Source: Longimicrobiales bacterium (GTDB taxonomy: Bacteria; Gemmatimonadota; Gemmatimonadetes; Longimicrobiales; Gaopeijiaceae). Taken from it: DNA of 64,000 nt. The notes under the pieces are model-generated. The model did no database searches. It was not told the origin of the DNA and saw nothing but the letters and a program-made list of their open reading frames with translations. This document shows positions 9,929 to 25,377 of this stretch, in pieces (position 1 is the stretch's first letter; the number at the start of each line of letters is the position of its first letter). The position numbers were made by a program, and so were the translations under genes. The stretch spans positions 256,001 to 320,000 of the forward strand of contig OZ241892.1 in NCBI GenBank assembly GCA_965203485.1. The letters run 5' to 3'.

Positions 9929-10843
9929 CTACCGTAGCCTGGGCAACGCCGTCAACCGCTTGCGCGCCCAATCCTCCACCTCTGCCCTTCGGCCGCCTTC
10001 CAGGTAGCCGTCCGGCCCGCCTTTGAGCAATCGTGCTCGATCGAGCACGATGGCGTGATCCATGCGTCGAAAATACCGGATGTACTCTCCGTCCCTCGCC
10101 CACCACCAGGGAACCGCAAATGCCGGCACAGGTCTGGCGTTCCACTGAACGAGTTCGTTCCATCTATCGACCGGCACTCTGTCCTTTGCCATCCAGTTCC
10201 TCCCGGTTGCGCACTGGATCAGGAATACGACGGACCCTGCGGCACTCCCGCCCACTGCATGGCGCGCGGCGACGTCTAATCCGATGTCCTTGTCGTACGG
10301 TTCCACCCTTTTGCCGAGATTATGAGGTTTCAGTCCCAACTCTTGCGCAAAATGCTCAATTCTGTCGCGAACGCTAGACGGCGTGCCTTCGTCAGGCGGC
10401 CAGCCGAACCGTGCTGCCCTCCCTCCCAGAAGCCCCGTAGCCGACGCGGCGACAACATGCTCAAACAACTTCGCCAACTCTTCTCCCTCGCCGCGCCCGT
10501 AATGGCCTGCCGTCGCCGCAAGCAAGAGAAAGGCGAAACTCGGACACGACTTCAAGTCGCTGATCGTTTCCAAGGTGCTGTTGTGGACGGCTAACGGATA
10601 CTGATCGCCAAGAAACGTCTTGCGGCTCCTCAGTTCGGCCCATGTGTCTTCTTCGAGTCGATTCAGGTCGTTGGCGTCACCCGAGTCGGTGTAGTCGTAC
10701 AACCCGGCATCACGATACGCCGTTGCAACATGCTCGCGAGAGAGGACCTCGCCGTCTGCCAACGCGCACAACTCGACCCAGTCCGCAATGACATTGACGG
10801 AGTTCGTGTCTCTGCCCGGAAGGTTGGATGGAAGTTCAATCAT
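9929..10843 (-). CDS. Putative restriction-endonuclease-fold protein (PD-(D/E)XK variant)
   Basis: KLFEHVV...DKDIGLDVAA...FLIQCATGRNWMAK; overlaps upstream stop; start could be TTG 10882. Confidence 0.55.
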   Translation of the reverse strand: MIELPSNLPGRDTNSVNVIADWVELCALADGEVLSREHVATAYRDAGLYDYTDSGDANDLNRLEEDTWAELRSRKTFLGDQYPLAVHNSTLETISDLKSCPSFAFLLLAATAGHYGRGEGEELAKLFEHVVAASATGLLGGRAARFGWPPDEGTPSSVRDRIEHFAQELGLKPHNLGKRVEPYDKDIGLDVAARHAVGGSAAGSVVFLIQCATGRNWMAKDRVPVDRWNELVQWNARPVPAFAVPWWWARDGEYIRYFRRMDHAIVLDRARLLKGGPDGYLEGGRRAEVEDWARKRLTALPRLR

Positions 10844-11942
10844 CTCCGAAATACTTGTTTCTGACGTTGGGAAAATGCTCAAGTATCTGACTCATGAAGC
10901 GTGCACACCGCCGAGCACCTTCCACAACATCCTCGTTGGTCTTGTGTTCGGAAACAAGTGCCACAATCTCTTCGAGCTTGTAGGCGGCAGTGTGCATAGA
11001 ATCACCCACGGACTGCGCTTCTCCACCGGATTTTTGCCATGCTCGGTCAAAGCTCGGTTTCTCAGCATTGCGCAAGTAACGGACTGCAGTAGGTGATTCA
11101 AGGATCTGGCCCCACTTGCTCAGCTGTCTGGAATCACTGACAACCGGTTTGAGTTCGTCGGTCCCGAAAGTCCATTCAACGAACTCACGAAAACGATCTT
11201 CATCGGCTTGCACTGGATTGCGTTGTGGTGCGCCTGTATATTCGACAGCGAGAAATCGGTTGATTCCAGGCGAATTGAGCGCACGAAGCAGAACCCCAAA
11301 TCTGCTGTCCATCCGAGTGCTTCCAGGCACGCCCCGAGCGTGGGCTTGGCGCACTATCGTGTAGGCAACGTGATGTCGCTCCACGTGCTTCGCATAGGAG
11401 CCCAATCGATCTGCCACTCTCTTGAAGTCCCAATCATGATCCTCGACTAAAGCGGATATGAATCCAGCTTTTTCGTAAGCCGGCCACTTCAAGACGCCTG
11501 TAACGTGACGAAAGCCAATGAACGCGGAGAGTTTGTGATCGTCCCTGGCATCGAACACCTCAACAGGCACCTGGCTGATCTGCCGTCTCTGGTCACGGGA
11601 GAGACGATTCGCGAAGTTCTTCCACTTGGCGTATTGCTTATGATCCTTCGCCAAGTCGGGGTCGAGCAGCAACTTCAGAGTTGCGACCCGGCGATTGCCC
11701 TCTGCGATCACGACTTTCGCCGCGTCGGCGTCGGACGGAAACCCGACCAACGGATCAAACGTCAAGTATCCGCTCGACAGAATGGACTCGGCCAGTTCCT
11801 CGAGCTTGAATCGGTCGATCAGCAATCGGAGCGTCTCCGCCTGGGGCTTGCCTCGTTCCGACGTTGCGAACCGGGGGTTTTGGGGGTCGAGTTGGAGGTC
11901 GACGGGAGAATGGTCTTGGAGCCTTGGAGTATTTGGAGTCAT
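10836..11942 (-). CDS. ParB/Srx-like N-terminal domain protein
   Basis: LQLDPQNPRF...LAESILSSGY...VIAEGNRRVATLKLL; ATGA overlap with dcm stop. Confidence 0.78.
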   Translation of the reverse strand: MTPNTPRLQDHSPVDLQLDPQNPRFATSERGKPQAETLRLLIDRFKLEELAESILSSGYLTFDPLVGFPSDADAAKVVIAEGNRRVATLKLLLDPDLAKDHKQYAKWKNFANRLSRDQRRQISQVPVEVFDARDDHKLSAFIGFRHVTGVLKWPAYEKAGFISALVEDHDWDFKRVADRLGSYAKHVERHHVAYTIVRQAHARGVPGSTRMDSRFGVLLRALNSPGINRFLAVEYTGAPQRNPVQADEDRFREFVEWTFGTDELKPVVSDSRQLSKWGQILESPTAVRYLRNAEKPSFDRAWQKSGGEAQSVGDSMHTAAYKLEEIVALVSEHKTNEDVVEGARRCARFMSQILEHFPNVRNKYFGDD

Positions 11943-13195
11943 GCGGATGCGAGCCTGGGAGAAAGGGGCCGGGGGCCCCGGCCGGGTCCGGGGTGAGCAC
12001 GATGGTCCATCTCGAGGCGAAGGTAGCCGCGAGGCACGGGATGTGTCGGCTCCGGCAAGGGCACGGTTGGTTTGCGGGGAATGGCTAGGGCGGGGGTGCC
12101 CGAGTAGGTCATGGCCCAGAGCTGGCGTCCGAGGGCGCGACCAAGGACTTCGGCCAGGAGCGGAGGCGTGGCGTTTCCGATCTGCTGGACTTGCTGGCGA
12201 TAGCCGCCTGTCAGTCGCCAGTTCCCCGGAAAGCTCTGGAGCCGCAACAACTCTGACGGCGCGAGACGACGGCTGGTCCAGTGAAATGGGCCCGTGCCGG
12301 GTCCCGGAGTAGCGGGCAATGTCCACGAAGGAGAGTTCTTCGCGAGCTTCAGGAGAAACGACCAGTACCGAGTCCGATATCCGAAGAGATTTCGGCCGTC
12401 GCCCCTAGAGGTGTGCCATAGGTAGTTCTGGCCTTCCGGTATGGAGGGCAACAGATCCGCCCAACAGCCCGTCGCGGCCGGCCGTGCGCGAGGACGAAGG
12501 TGTCCGATGGCGTCCCAAGCACGGACGGGCAAATCGGCGTGGGTCTTGTCGGGCCACGCGAACGACTTCGGGCCTCGAACCGCAAGCAGGAAACCTCGCC
12601 GACGAGCTTGCGGCACGCCGTAGTCGGCGGCATTGAGGATCGTGGAGTGAACGTGGTACGAGTCCCTACGGTTGCCGACGGCCTCCAGCGCATGTTGCAG
12701 AACGGGCAACATGGACGTGCGTCCCTTGATCAAGCCGGGCACGTTTTCCAGCAGAACCGCCCGGGGACGGAATGCATCCACGATTCGCAACAAGGCTTGC
12801 AGAGAACCTGCACGTGGATCCTCGCGGCCCCTGCGTCCGTTCTTCGTCCACTGCGCCGCCATCGAGAACGGTTGGCACGGTGGGCCAGCAGCAATCAGGT
12901 CGAGTTCTCCGCAAGCCATTTCGAGCGCAGCGGGCTTCAGTTCCCTGGCGGCGTCCTCGACCCTCCTGCAACCCGACAGAGTCCAGTTCGGCCGATTCCG
13001 GCGCAAGGTGGCACGGACCACAGGGTCCTGCTCCACACAGTGCACGGTGCGGAAGCCAGCGTTTTCCAACCCGAGATCCAGCCCGCCCATCCCCGTAAAT
13101 AGAGACAGGACTCGTGGCCCACCTGCGTTCCTCCCGGTACGTCGGCTCTCCCTGCCAGGGAAAGCTACGGTACGCCTCGGGTCGCTCTGGGCCAC
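11939..13195 (-). CDS. dcm: DNA (cytosine-5) methyltransferase
   Basis: Motifs I LFTGMGG, IV GPPCQPFS, VI ENV, VIII QARRR, IX/X RLQSFP..QIGNATPP; start uncertain (GTG 13195 chosen). Confidence 0.93.
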   Translation of the reverse strand: MAQSDPRRTVAFPGRESRRTGRNAGGPRVLSLFTGMGGLDLGLENAGFRTVHCVEQDPVVRATLRRNRPNWTLSGCRRVEDAARELKPAALEMACGELDLIAAGPPCQPFSMAAQWTKNGRRGREDPRAGSLQALLRIVDAFRPRAVLLENVPGLIKGRTSMLPVLQHALEAVGNRRDSYHVHSTILNAADYGVPQARRRGFLLAVRGPKSFAWPDKTHADLPVRAWDAIGHLRPRARPAATGCWADLLPSIPEGQNYLWHTSRGDGRNLFGYRTRYWSFLLKLAKNSPSWTLPATPGPGTGPFHWTSRRLAPSELLRLQSFPGNWRLTGGYRQQVQQIGNATPPLLAEVLGRALGRQLWAMTYSGTPALAIPRKPTVPLPEPTHPVPRGYLRLEMDHRAHPGPGRGPRPLSPRLASA

Positions 13196-13537
13196 GGTCT
13201 GCTTCAGGTCCGCCCGGAGGTCGGACTGGCAGGGGCGCAGGCGGCCAACGCGACGGCGGAACTCATGGCTGGCCTCCTCTTGTGGGGCTTTGGCGACTGA
13301 ACGGAACATCGCCCGTGACGGTATCGTGGTCCGACGGAGCCTGGCCCCGCGTCCTCGGGCCGCGCCGTCTTCTCCACAAGATGAGCATGGCGAGGCAGAC
13401 TGGGCAACCCTCCCTATTGGGCCGAGTCGGGCCTGCGGAGAGCATTCGGGCGGCACTACGGCCTGGAGTCGTCAGGAGATGCGCGTCCATGACGCCCTCC
13501 ATCATGCTCCACGAAGGCATCGTCCCCTGCAGGCTAG

Positions 13538-13776
13538 TAGCCCCGTGGCAAAAGTCCCTTTGCCGGCGCTCCAGTTTGGGTAGGTTCGAGGGAGACGAGG
13601 AACCTCTCGAAGGAGGACGGCGATGGCGATGGGCAGGTAGCGTCGCGGGCCGGAGCAAGCGCTGTTCTTGGCGACCAGCGCGGCGGAGAATCCGTTCTAT
13701 CGGGCCCTGAACGAGTTGCTGGACGAGAACGGCGTCGGCCCGTTCGCCGAGGACCTGTGCGAGGAGTTCTACGCGC
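13538..13776 (+). mobile_element. IS1182-like element, left-end fragment truncated by IS21
   Basis: TAGCCCCGTGGCAAAAGTCCC end after CTAG; MAMGR*..NPFYRALNELLDENG..EDLCEEFYA; paralogous to 24510-24753. Confidence 0.75.
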
Positions 13777-13904
13777 TGTCGAGCGACAACCAAGATGAGA
13801 CGGTAGCGGCAACCAAGATGAGACTGCCGGAGGCGGCCGTGATCTGAGGTCGAGGGATTCGGACGCGGGTTCGGTCCTGTCGTTCGGAGGCCGGCCGTCG
13901 GTGA

Positions 13905-16327
<2,423 letters not shown>

Positions 16328-17064
16328 CCGCCCGGCTGCCCGGCCCAACGCCCGCGCCGACGACCGACCACCTGATCGGCGCCCGGGCTCGCTTCCACAA
16401 CCGCCTCCGACTCGCAACCCCGGCGCCGGCGCTCGTGCGGAAGTCCCATGAAACAACCCGAATTCAGGGGTATCCCAGGTCGGGTCCGTGCGAGACCTCG
16501 CGTTAGACGGCCAGCAGCGGCCTCGAATTCCGGCAAGACCAGCCAACTCTCCGCGATCAAGCGCTTTGGGTCGGACGGGTGCCTGCTCCAGGGCCTCACT
16601 TGCCCCATGCCCAACCCCCTCGTCTTGACCCGTTCCACCTCCGTTGCCATCGTTCCTGTCACGATCCTGGACGTCTCATCCTGATTGTCGCCGGGGTCTT
16701 ATCCTGATTGTCGCTCTACAACTGGGGAAATCGTGCGAAGATCAGAGCTGGTAACGGAATGGCCCGTAGCTTTCCCCCGTCTGGAAAAGAGGAGCGGCAC
16801 GATCCGTTCAATAGGACCGGCCCATGTTCGGCTGAAGCCGTTCGCGGGGCCGGGGTCCGATCTCCGTTGCCGTAGCCGGTCGGCCTCGGCCAAGACCATC
16901 TCCAGCATGATCTGGCCATGTGCTCCCGTTGAGGCCTCGTTCTCGAACCCGTGGGACAGTTCGGTGCATCCGTGGCTTGAGGACCGCGGCCCGGCTTGCC
17001 CTGATGCTGATCGCGTCGCCACGATGCGACCAACGAGCTCATGTGCGTACGTGGGGCCGGGGCG

Positions 17065-17270
17065 GGCACTTCGGCCAGTGCTTCGGCCCGGAGGGCAAGC
17101 CGACTCGGACGATCATCGGCATCGCGCTGGACAAGCTGGGCGTCAAGGTGATCCTGGCGCACTCGCCGCAGGCAAAAAGACGGGTCGACCGAACGTTCGG
17201 TCCGGCACAGGACCGGCTGGTCAAGGAGATGCGCCTAGCGCGGACCACACGCTCGAGGCGGTGCTCCGCT
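17065..17270 (+). pseudogene. ISNCY/IS481-like transposase fragment
   Basis: GIALDKLGVKVILAHSPQAKRRVDRTFGPAQDRLVKEMRLA. Confidence 0.7.
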
Positions 17271-17635
17271 ACCTGGTGGAGCGGTGCATGCCGTTCTGGA
17301 CGAGTGCTTCGCGGTGGCGTCGAGTTCATCGGCACCAACCCGACCCCGCCAGAATCTGAGCCAGCCACATGAAATACTAACCCACGCTATCCACGCCCAT
17401 ACGATTTCGTTCGGAACCGTCAATTCGAATGGAATCGTCATTGCTTCTCTTCCTGTCCATCCACCACCTACAGACAAACTCTCGTTTGCTCTTCTGTAGG
17501 CCTCATCCAAGGCCCTCCCCTTGACGACCAGCATCGAATGTTTAGGATGAACCCATGAACTACCCGGCCTCTACGAGAATGACGCCAAGCTCTCTTCCGC
17601 CTTCCCACAATCCATGATCGAAAGGACCACCAACC

Positions 17636-18394
17636 GTGCTTGAGCTTTTCTTCCAGCACCTTCTTGCCCCGCTTTCCGTCTTGGCCGTCGCCACGGCCTT
17701 TCCGTGGTTGAGGAAGAAGGCGCGAGATGGGGCGACGGTCGCATGGCGATCCGCTGGCAGTCTGTTGCACCGCTTTGCTCACTTGGCGACTGCCGGAACC
17801 AAAGAGCGACGCGATCAGCGATTCGTTGCGCGCGTGAAGGCTGCCCACCAGGCCGACACCGAGATGCTCGGCGAGATTATCGACGCGCACGGCCTGGCAC
17901 TGTCTGCCCTGCATACGGTCGTCGCCACCATGCTCTTGCCCGAAGAGGCAAGCAACGGCAAGAAGCATCTTCCGAACAGCGCAAAGATGCTGTGCTGGTT
18001 CATGCTCTATCGGTACCTGTATCCCGGTGCTCTCGACCTTGGCGACACGAAGACGATAGCCGCATACCGAAAACAACATGCCGAAGAAGGCCCTGGCAGG
18101 TGGACGACGTCCCTGCAAGGCCACTGCACCGACAAGAGCAAACTTCTAGACGAGTTCATTGACGTCATGGACGGAGGTCCGCGCCTGTTCAGCCGCGACA
18201 TGAACAACGGCATACTCAACATAAGGATCGTTCACGCGTTCTACGGATTCCCTGGTCTTGTCATCAAGTGTTACGTCTGGGTCGGCGACTCGTGGTCCGG
18301 CGACAAAGGACCAAAGCTCGACCACAAGCAAGCATATTCGGCCGCCAAGGATAAGTTGGCCGCAGGTGGTGGATGGAAGGAAGAACAGGAATGA
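17636..18394 (+). CDS. Hypothetical protein with hydrophobic N-terminus
   Basis: 252 aa; AAGGA upstream of GTG; ATGA overlap with next ORF. Confidence 0.6.
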   Translation: MLELFFQHLLAPLSVLAVATAFPWLRKKARDGATVAWRSAGSLLHRFAHLATAGTKERRDQRFVARVKAAHQADTEMLGEIIDAHGLALSALHTVVATMLLPEEASNGKKHLPNSAKMLCWFMLYRYLYPGALDLGDTKTIAAYRKQHAEEGPGRWTTSLQGHCTDKSKLLDEFIDVMDGGPRLFSRDMNNGILNIRIVHAFYGFPGLVIKCYVWVGDSWSGDKGPKLDHKQAYSAAKDKLAAGGGWKEEQE

Positions 18395-18714
18395 CCGCAT
18401 TTTTGCAAGGTGCCCTGGGCACGCTCTTTGGTGGTGCCGTACTTGCGTGGGCCATCTGGGTTACCAAGGTGTGCGTAGCCAACAGCAGTCTGCCCAAAAA
18501 TAGGGCGATAATCAACAAGGAGCCCAGTGCTAGCGAGACCACAACCCCGTCACCAGATGGTCTTGCTGCCAACCCGCAACGACCAAAGAAGTTGGCCGAG
18601 TCCGGTAGTAGCAAGCCTGAAAACGAGGGGCCGGGAACGACGGCCCCGACGAGAACGGCGACAGTGACGCCACGGATGAAAAGAAGAGCACCTGATGTAT
18701 CCGAAGAGATCTGA
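18391..18714 (+). CDS. Small membrane-anchored hypothetical protein
   Basis: MTAFLQGALGTLFGGAVLAWAIWV then polar low-complexity tail. Confidence 0.5.
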   Translation: MTAFLQGALGTLFGGAVLAWAIWVTKVCVANSSLPKNRAIINKEPSASETTTPSPDGLAANPQRPKKLAESGSSKPENEGPGTTAPTRTATVTPRMKRRAPDVSEEI

Positions 18715-19709
18715 TCGGGGAAGTGATCAATGTGCAGATGTATTCTCCGAAAATCGTGACCGGCTACGTAGTGGTGTTCAACGTAGCCGACCGTGCACCG
18801 GAGATTTCAGGCCTGGGCATGCACGGGCGTGCTCGAAGCGGTGCTCGAGGACTTGGCGGGCGAAGCGAAGCAGCGGGGTCTGTTCGACGGCTCGGAGGCG
18901 TACGTCGACACGTCGTTCGCGCGGGCGTGGGAAACACCAAGGCGGGCAAGGGCGTGAAGATCATGGCGATCGTGGACCGTTGCGGGCTTCCGCTGTCGTT
19001 GAGCACGCACTCCTGCGAACCCGCACGAGGCGACGCTGGTGCAGCTGTCGCTGGACTTGGCGTTCGGGAAGGCCGAGCCTGCGAATTTGATCGGCGACGA
19101 GGCGTACGACAGCGATCCGCTGGACGCGGCACTGCGGGTAGCGGGGCGTGGAGATGATCGCGCCGCACCGCCGCAACCGCCGTCGGCCGCGGACGCAGGA
19201 CGGGCGTCGCCTGCGCCGCGCGAAGCGCCGGTGGATCGTCGAGCGGTTCTTCGGCTGGATGCAATGGAAACGCCGGCTTCTGGTCCGCTGGGAGTATCAT
19301 CCGGAGAGCTTTCTGGTGTAGAGCGACAATCAGGATAAGACCCCGGCGACAATCAGGATGAGACGTCCAGGATCGTGACAGGAACGATGGCAACGGAGGT
19401 GGAACGGGTCAAGACGAGGGGGTTGGGCATGGGGCAAGTGAGGCCCTGGAGCAGGCACCCGTCCGACCCAAAGCGCTTGATCGCGGAGAGTTGGCTGGTC
19501 TTGCCGGAATTCGAGGCCGCTGCTGGCCGTCTAACGCGAGGTCTCGCACGGACCCGACCTGGGATACCCCTGAATTCGGGTTGTTTCATGGGACTTCCGC
19601 ACGAGCGCCGGCGCCGGGGTTGCGAGTCGGAGGCGGTTGTGGAAGCGAGCCCGGGCGCCGATCAGGTGGTCGGTCGTCGGCGCGGGCGTTGGGCCGGGCA
19701 GCCGGGCGG

Positions 19710-22132
<2,423 letters not shown>

Positions 22133-22455
22133 TCACCGACGGCCGGCCTCCGAACGACAGGACCGAACCCGCGTCCGAATCCCTCGACCTCAGATCACGG
22201 CCGCCTCCGGCAGTCTCATCTTGGTTGCCGCTACCGTCTCATCTTGGTTGTCGCTCGACATTCTGGCGTTCGTCCAACTGTCCGCGATCTGCATCTTCTT
22301 CAGGAACCTCGGTTTTTGAGACAGGTTCTAGTCAATCGTGGCAAAACTGGAGAAGTTGACCATTAGCGGGTCGCTTTCGGCGGAGATTCTTGGAGGACGC
22401 AATCGCGCCAGTTGCGCACTGTCCCCACCTGTAGTCTCCCAGCGTTACCAGCATC

Positions 22456-23433
22456 TCAACCATTATCACCAAGCCAGGGAGGTGCTGCCGAGAAAGGCGG
22501 CAGGGATCGTTGGACCTTGACAAGTTGCTTCGACAAGTAGTGCACATACTCTGCCATGCATCCATCAAACCACCATAGGTCTTGCATCTTTTTTAGTTCT
22601 GCCAAAGCGGCAGTGGGCAAAACCAATCCGGCCTTCCATATCCTAAACAATAGTAAATCTAATCGTGCTTCCATGTCAATAAATTCATCAAATGTTTCAC
22701 GATTTATTGACCAAACCTCTTGAACTAATTGTGGTAGTTGTTCTCCCCAAGATGCGTCAATATCTACCAATACATCAGTGGTGACTGTGGCTGGAAACTT
22801 ATGGAAATCGTATTGATGGCTAATAAACGGAACCAATCCGTCTCCATCAATCCATACGATTCTTTCAACTAAATAAACCACATGGTTTTCAGACCAGTAT
22901 TGAACCTCTGGCTCTGCTTCACTGCTAGTATATAGCCAATGAATCTTCGGAGGAATATGATGCAAGGTTTGCTGGCCAAGAGACAAACCCGATGCTTGCC
23001 ACCGGTCACCAAGCCATACCGGTAAACATCCAAAAGATTCAATCACTACAAGAGATCGTCCAACGATCCAGTTAGACATACCTAGATGGTGATCGTCATT
23101 CATCATCTTGTCTGCTATAGTGGCCTCATGAGCTTCCTTCATCGCAAACAATCTATCAGTAGTATAGGAGAGCGGTTTTTGATCGATCAATCTATGGTGA
23201 GTGGGGCACAAGAGGATAATATTTTTGTGTGAGTTAACGCTATCCCATCGCTGTACGTTCTTGCCGCGTGGACCATCCGGTCGTCTTGCTACAATGTGAG
23301 CTTCTTGTCCAATAACCACATTGCCATCACGACAAGTATCCTTTTCAACTAGGGCTTGACCACATCCCGGAAAAGCACACTGATTTCCCGACCTAACCCA
23401 CAGAATCTTTCTGTCTCGATCTCTAATCGCCAT
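22456..23433 (-). CDS. HNH endonuclease domain protein with unknown C-terminal domain
   Basis: RSGNQCAFPGC...EAHIVARRPDGPRG...NIILLCPTHHRLID; low GC. Confidence 0.85.
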   Translation of the reverse strand: MAIRDRDRKILWVRSGNQCAFPGCGQALVEKDTCRDGNVVIGQEAHIVARRPDGPRGKNVQRWDSVNSHKNIILLCPTHHRLIDQKPLSYTTDRLFAMKEAHEATIADKMMNDDHHLGMSNWIVGRSLVVIESFGCLPVWLGDRWQASGLSLGQQTLHHIPPKIHWLYTSSEAEPEVQYWSENHVVYLVERIVWIDGDGLVPFISHQYDFHKFPATVTTDVLVDIDASWGEQLPQLVQEVWSINRETFDEFIDMEARLDLLLFRIWKAGLVLPTAALAELKKMQDLWWFDGCMAEYVHYLSKQLVKVQRSLPPFSAAPPWLGDNG

Positions 23434-23437
23434 CTAG

Positions 23438-24753
23438 CAGTCCGTGGCAAAAAGGCTTTGCGTGGAGCGCGGGAATACAAGGTTGAGACGGGCGTTCAGA
23501 GGTCCCGACAGCGTGAATGCGGGGAAATTGGGTCCGGAAAAGGTCCCCGAGGCCGCAGAACGCCCTGAGAGCGGCAAAACGACTGCGAATTCGGCGCAAG
23601 ACAGCGGATGCAACCCCTGCCCAGCAGGAGTCGAGCACAACTTGCGCGGCGGCGGGGCGGCCCTGCAGGCTCCGAGGCGTGCCGACTCCGAAGCGTTGTC
23701 GCATCAGCAACCCCAGATTGAAGGCGGCGACGTGAATCAGCATCCGCTTTCGGACTTCCTCCTGGCCTCGAACGTGCACACGCCGCATCCCACCCGTCAC
23801 CAGCAAGTGCGCGAACGTCCGCTCCAGCTTCTCGCCCCGCAACCGCAACAACCACTTGCCGCGCTCCCCTCGAATCCGCCTCCGGTTCGCGTAGACCGGC
23901 TTCTGAGCGTCCTTCGCCTGCTTCCAGTTCCGGCGACCCCGGGCGGGCTCGCTCACGTAGCTGCGCAACCCCCGACCCGCGACCTCCTTCATCGTCTCGT
24001 TCGAGTGGTACCCCTTGTCGCACACCACTTCCGCCGCCGCCCCGCCGCTTCGTCCAGCGTCTCCCCCAGCGACGCCACGTCGCCCCCGTCCATCGTCTGC
24101 ACCGTCACGCCCACCACGGCGCCCGACTCCAGGTCCACCGCCTGCTCCAGCTTGTGCGCCAAGTGCGTGCGGCCGTCCTTCATCTTTGCGATCAGTGCTT
24201 CCGGGTCGCCCGGATGCACCCACTGCGCGTTCGATCCCTTCTTCGACCGCTTCCGGTCCAGCTTCGCCAACTCCTCGCGCGTCGGCGTCTCGATCCCCGA
24301 CGCCCGCGCCAACTCCCGCAACCACTCCTCGTAGCCCCTGCCCCCGTCGCGCCGCACGATCGAGCGCATCGCCGCGTTCGCCTCCAGCGTCGTCGAGCCC
24401 ACCCCCAGCGTGCCGCCGCCCAGCAACCCCGAGTCGTCCAACAGGAACCCCACCATCATCATGCGAAAGTACACCTCGGGGGGGATGCCGAGCCTGCCCA
24501 CGTTGCCTGCGTAGAACTCCTCGCACAGGTCCTCGGCGAACCGGTCGAAGCCGTTCTCGTCCAGCAACTCGTTCAAGGCCCGATAGAACGGATTCTCCGC
24601 CGCGCTGATCTCGCTGATCGCCACGAACAGCACTTGCTCCGCCGCGCCGCTGCCTGCCCATCGCCATCGCCGTCCTCCTTCGAGAGGTTCGTCGTCTCCC
24701 TCTAATCTACTACCCAACTGGAACGCCGACACAGGGACTTTTGCCACGGACTG
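23438..24753 (-). mobile_element. IS1182-like element with frameshifted, internally deleted transposase
   Basis: TIRs CAGTCCGTGGCAAAA / TTTTGCCACGGACTG; STTLEANAAMRSIVRRD, KMKDGRTHLAHK, VVCDKGYHS, LERTFAHL; flanks CTAG / ATAG. Confidence 0.82.
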
Positions 24754-24756
24754 ATA

Positions 24757-25104
24757 GCGGCCCCCGGAACTCGCTTCCGCAATCGACTTCGACTCGCAAC
24801 CCCGCCTCCGGTGCCGGTGCGACAGTCCCCTGAACAATCCGAATTCGGGGGGTATCCTAGGCCGGGTCCACTCGAGATATCGCGTCAGACGGCCACCAGC
24901 GGCCTCGAACTCCGGCAAGACTGGCCAACTCTCCGCGATCAAGCACCTCGGCCGGCTGGGCGCCTGCTCCGCGGGCCCCCGCTTCGCTCCATGCCCAAGC
25001 CCTCGCCCTTGACCGGCTCCACCTCCGCTGACATCGTTCCCGTCGCGATCCCGGACGTCTCATCTTGATTGTCGCCGGGGTCTCATACTGATTGTCACTC
25101 TACA
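24757..25104 (+). mobile_element. Diverged IS21 right-end remnant
   Basis: Colinear with 16380-16720; ends GTCTCATCTTGATTGTCGCCGGGGTCTCATACTGATTGTCACTCTACA. Confidence 0.85.
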
Positions 25105-25377
25105 GCCCGAGTCGCCAGCCGACAGGTTCCCTCCAAGCCGCCTCGGCCAGCAAGTGGCGAACCCTACGCATGCTCTCCTCATCGTCGATCCGCCTGCTCA
25201 TCCAACGGCACCCCCCCGGGTGCGTAGCACCTGGCCGCGCGGCCACCCATCCGTGTCGCCTTTCGACCCGTTGGACCAAATTTCAACCCGCATCTACCCA
25301 TTGCACCAATACGAAGCACACATTATCTTCCCGTTTCTGTTGCGTGCGGCAGGTCGCTACCCTTTAGCCCGGTCACC

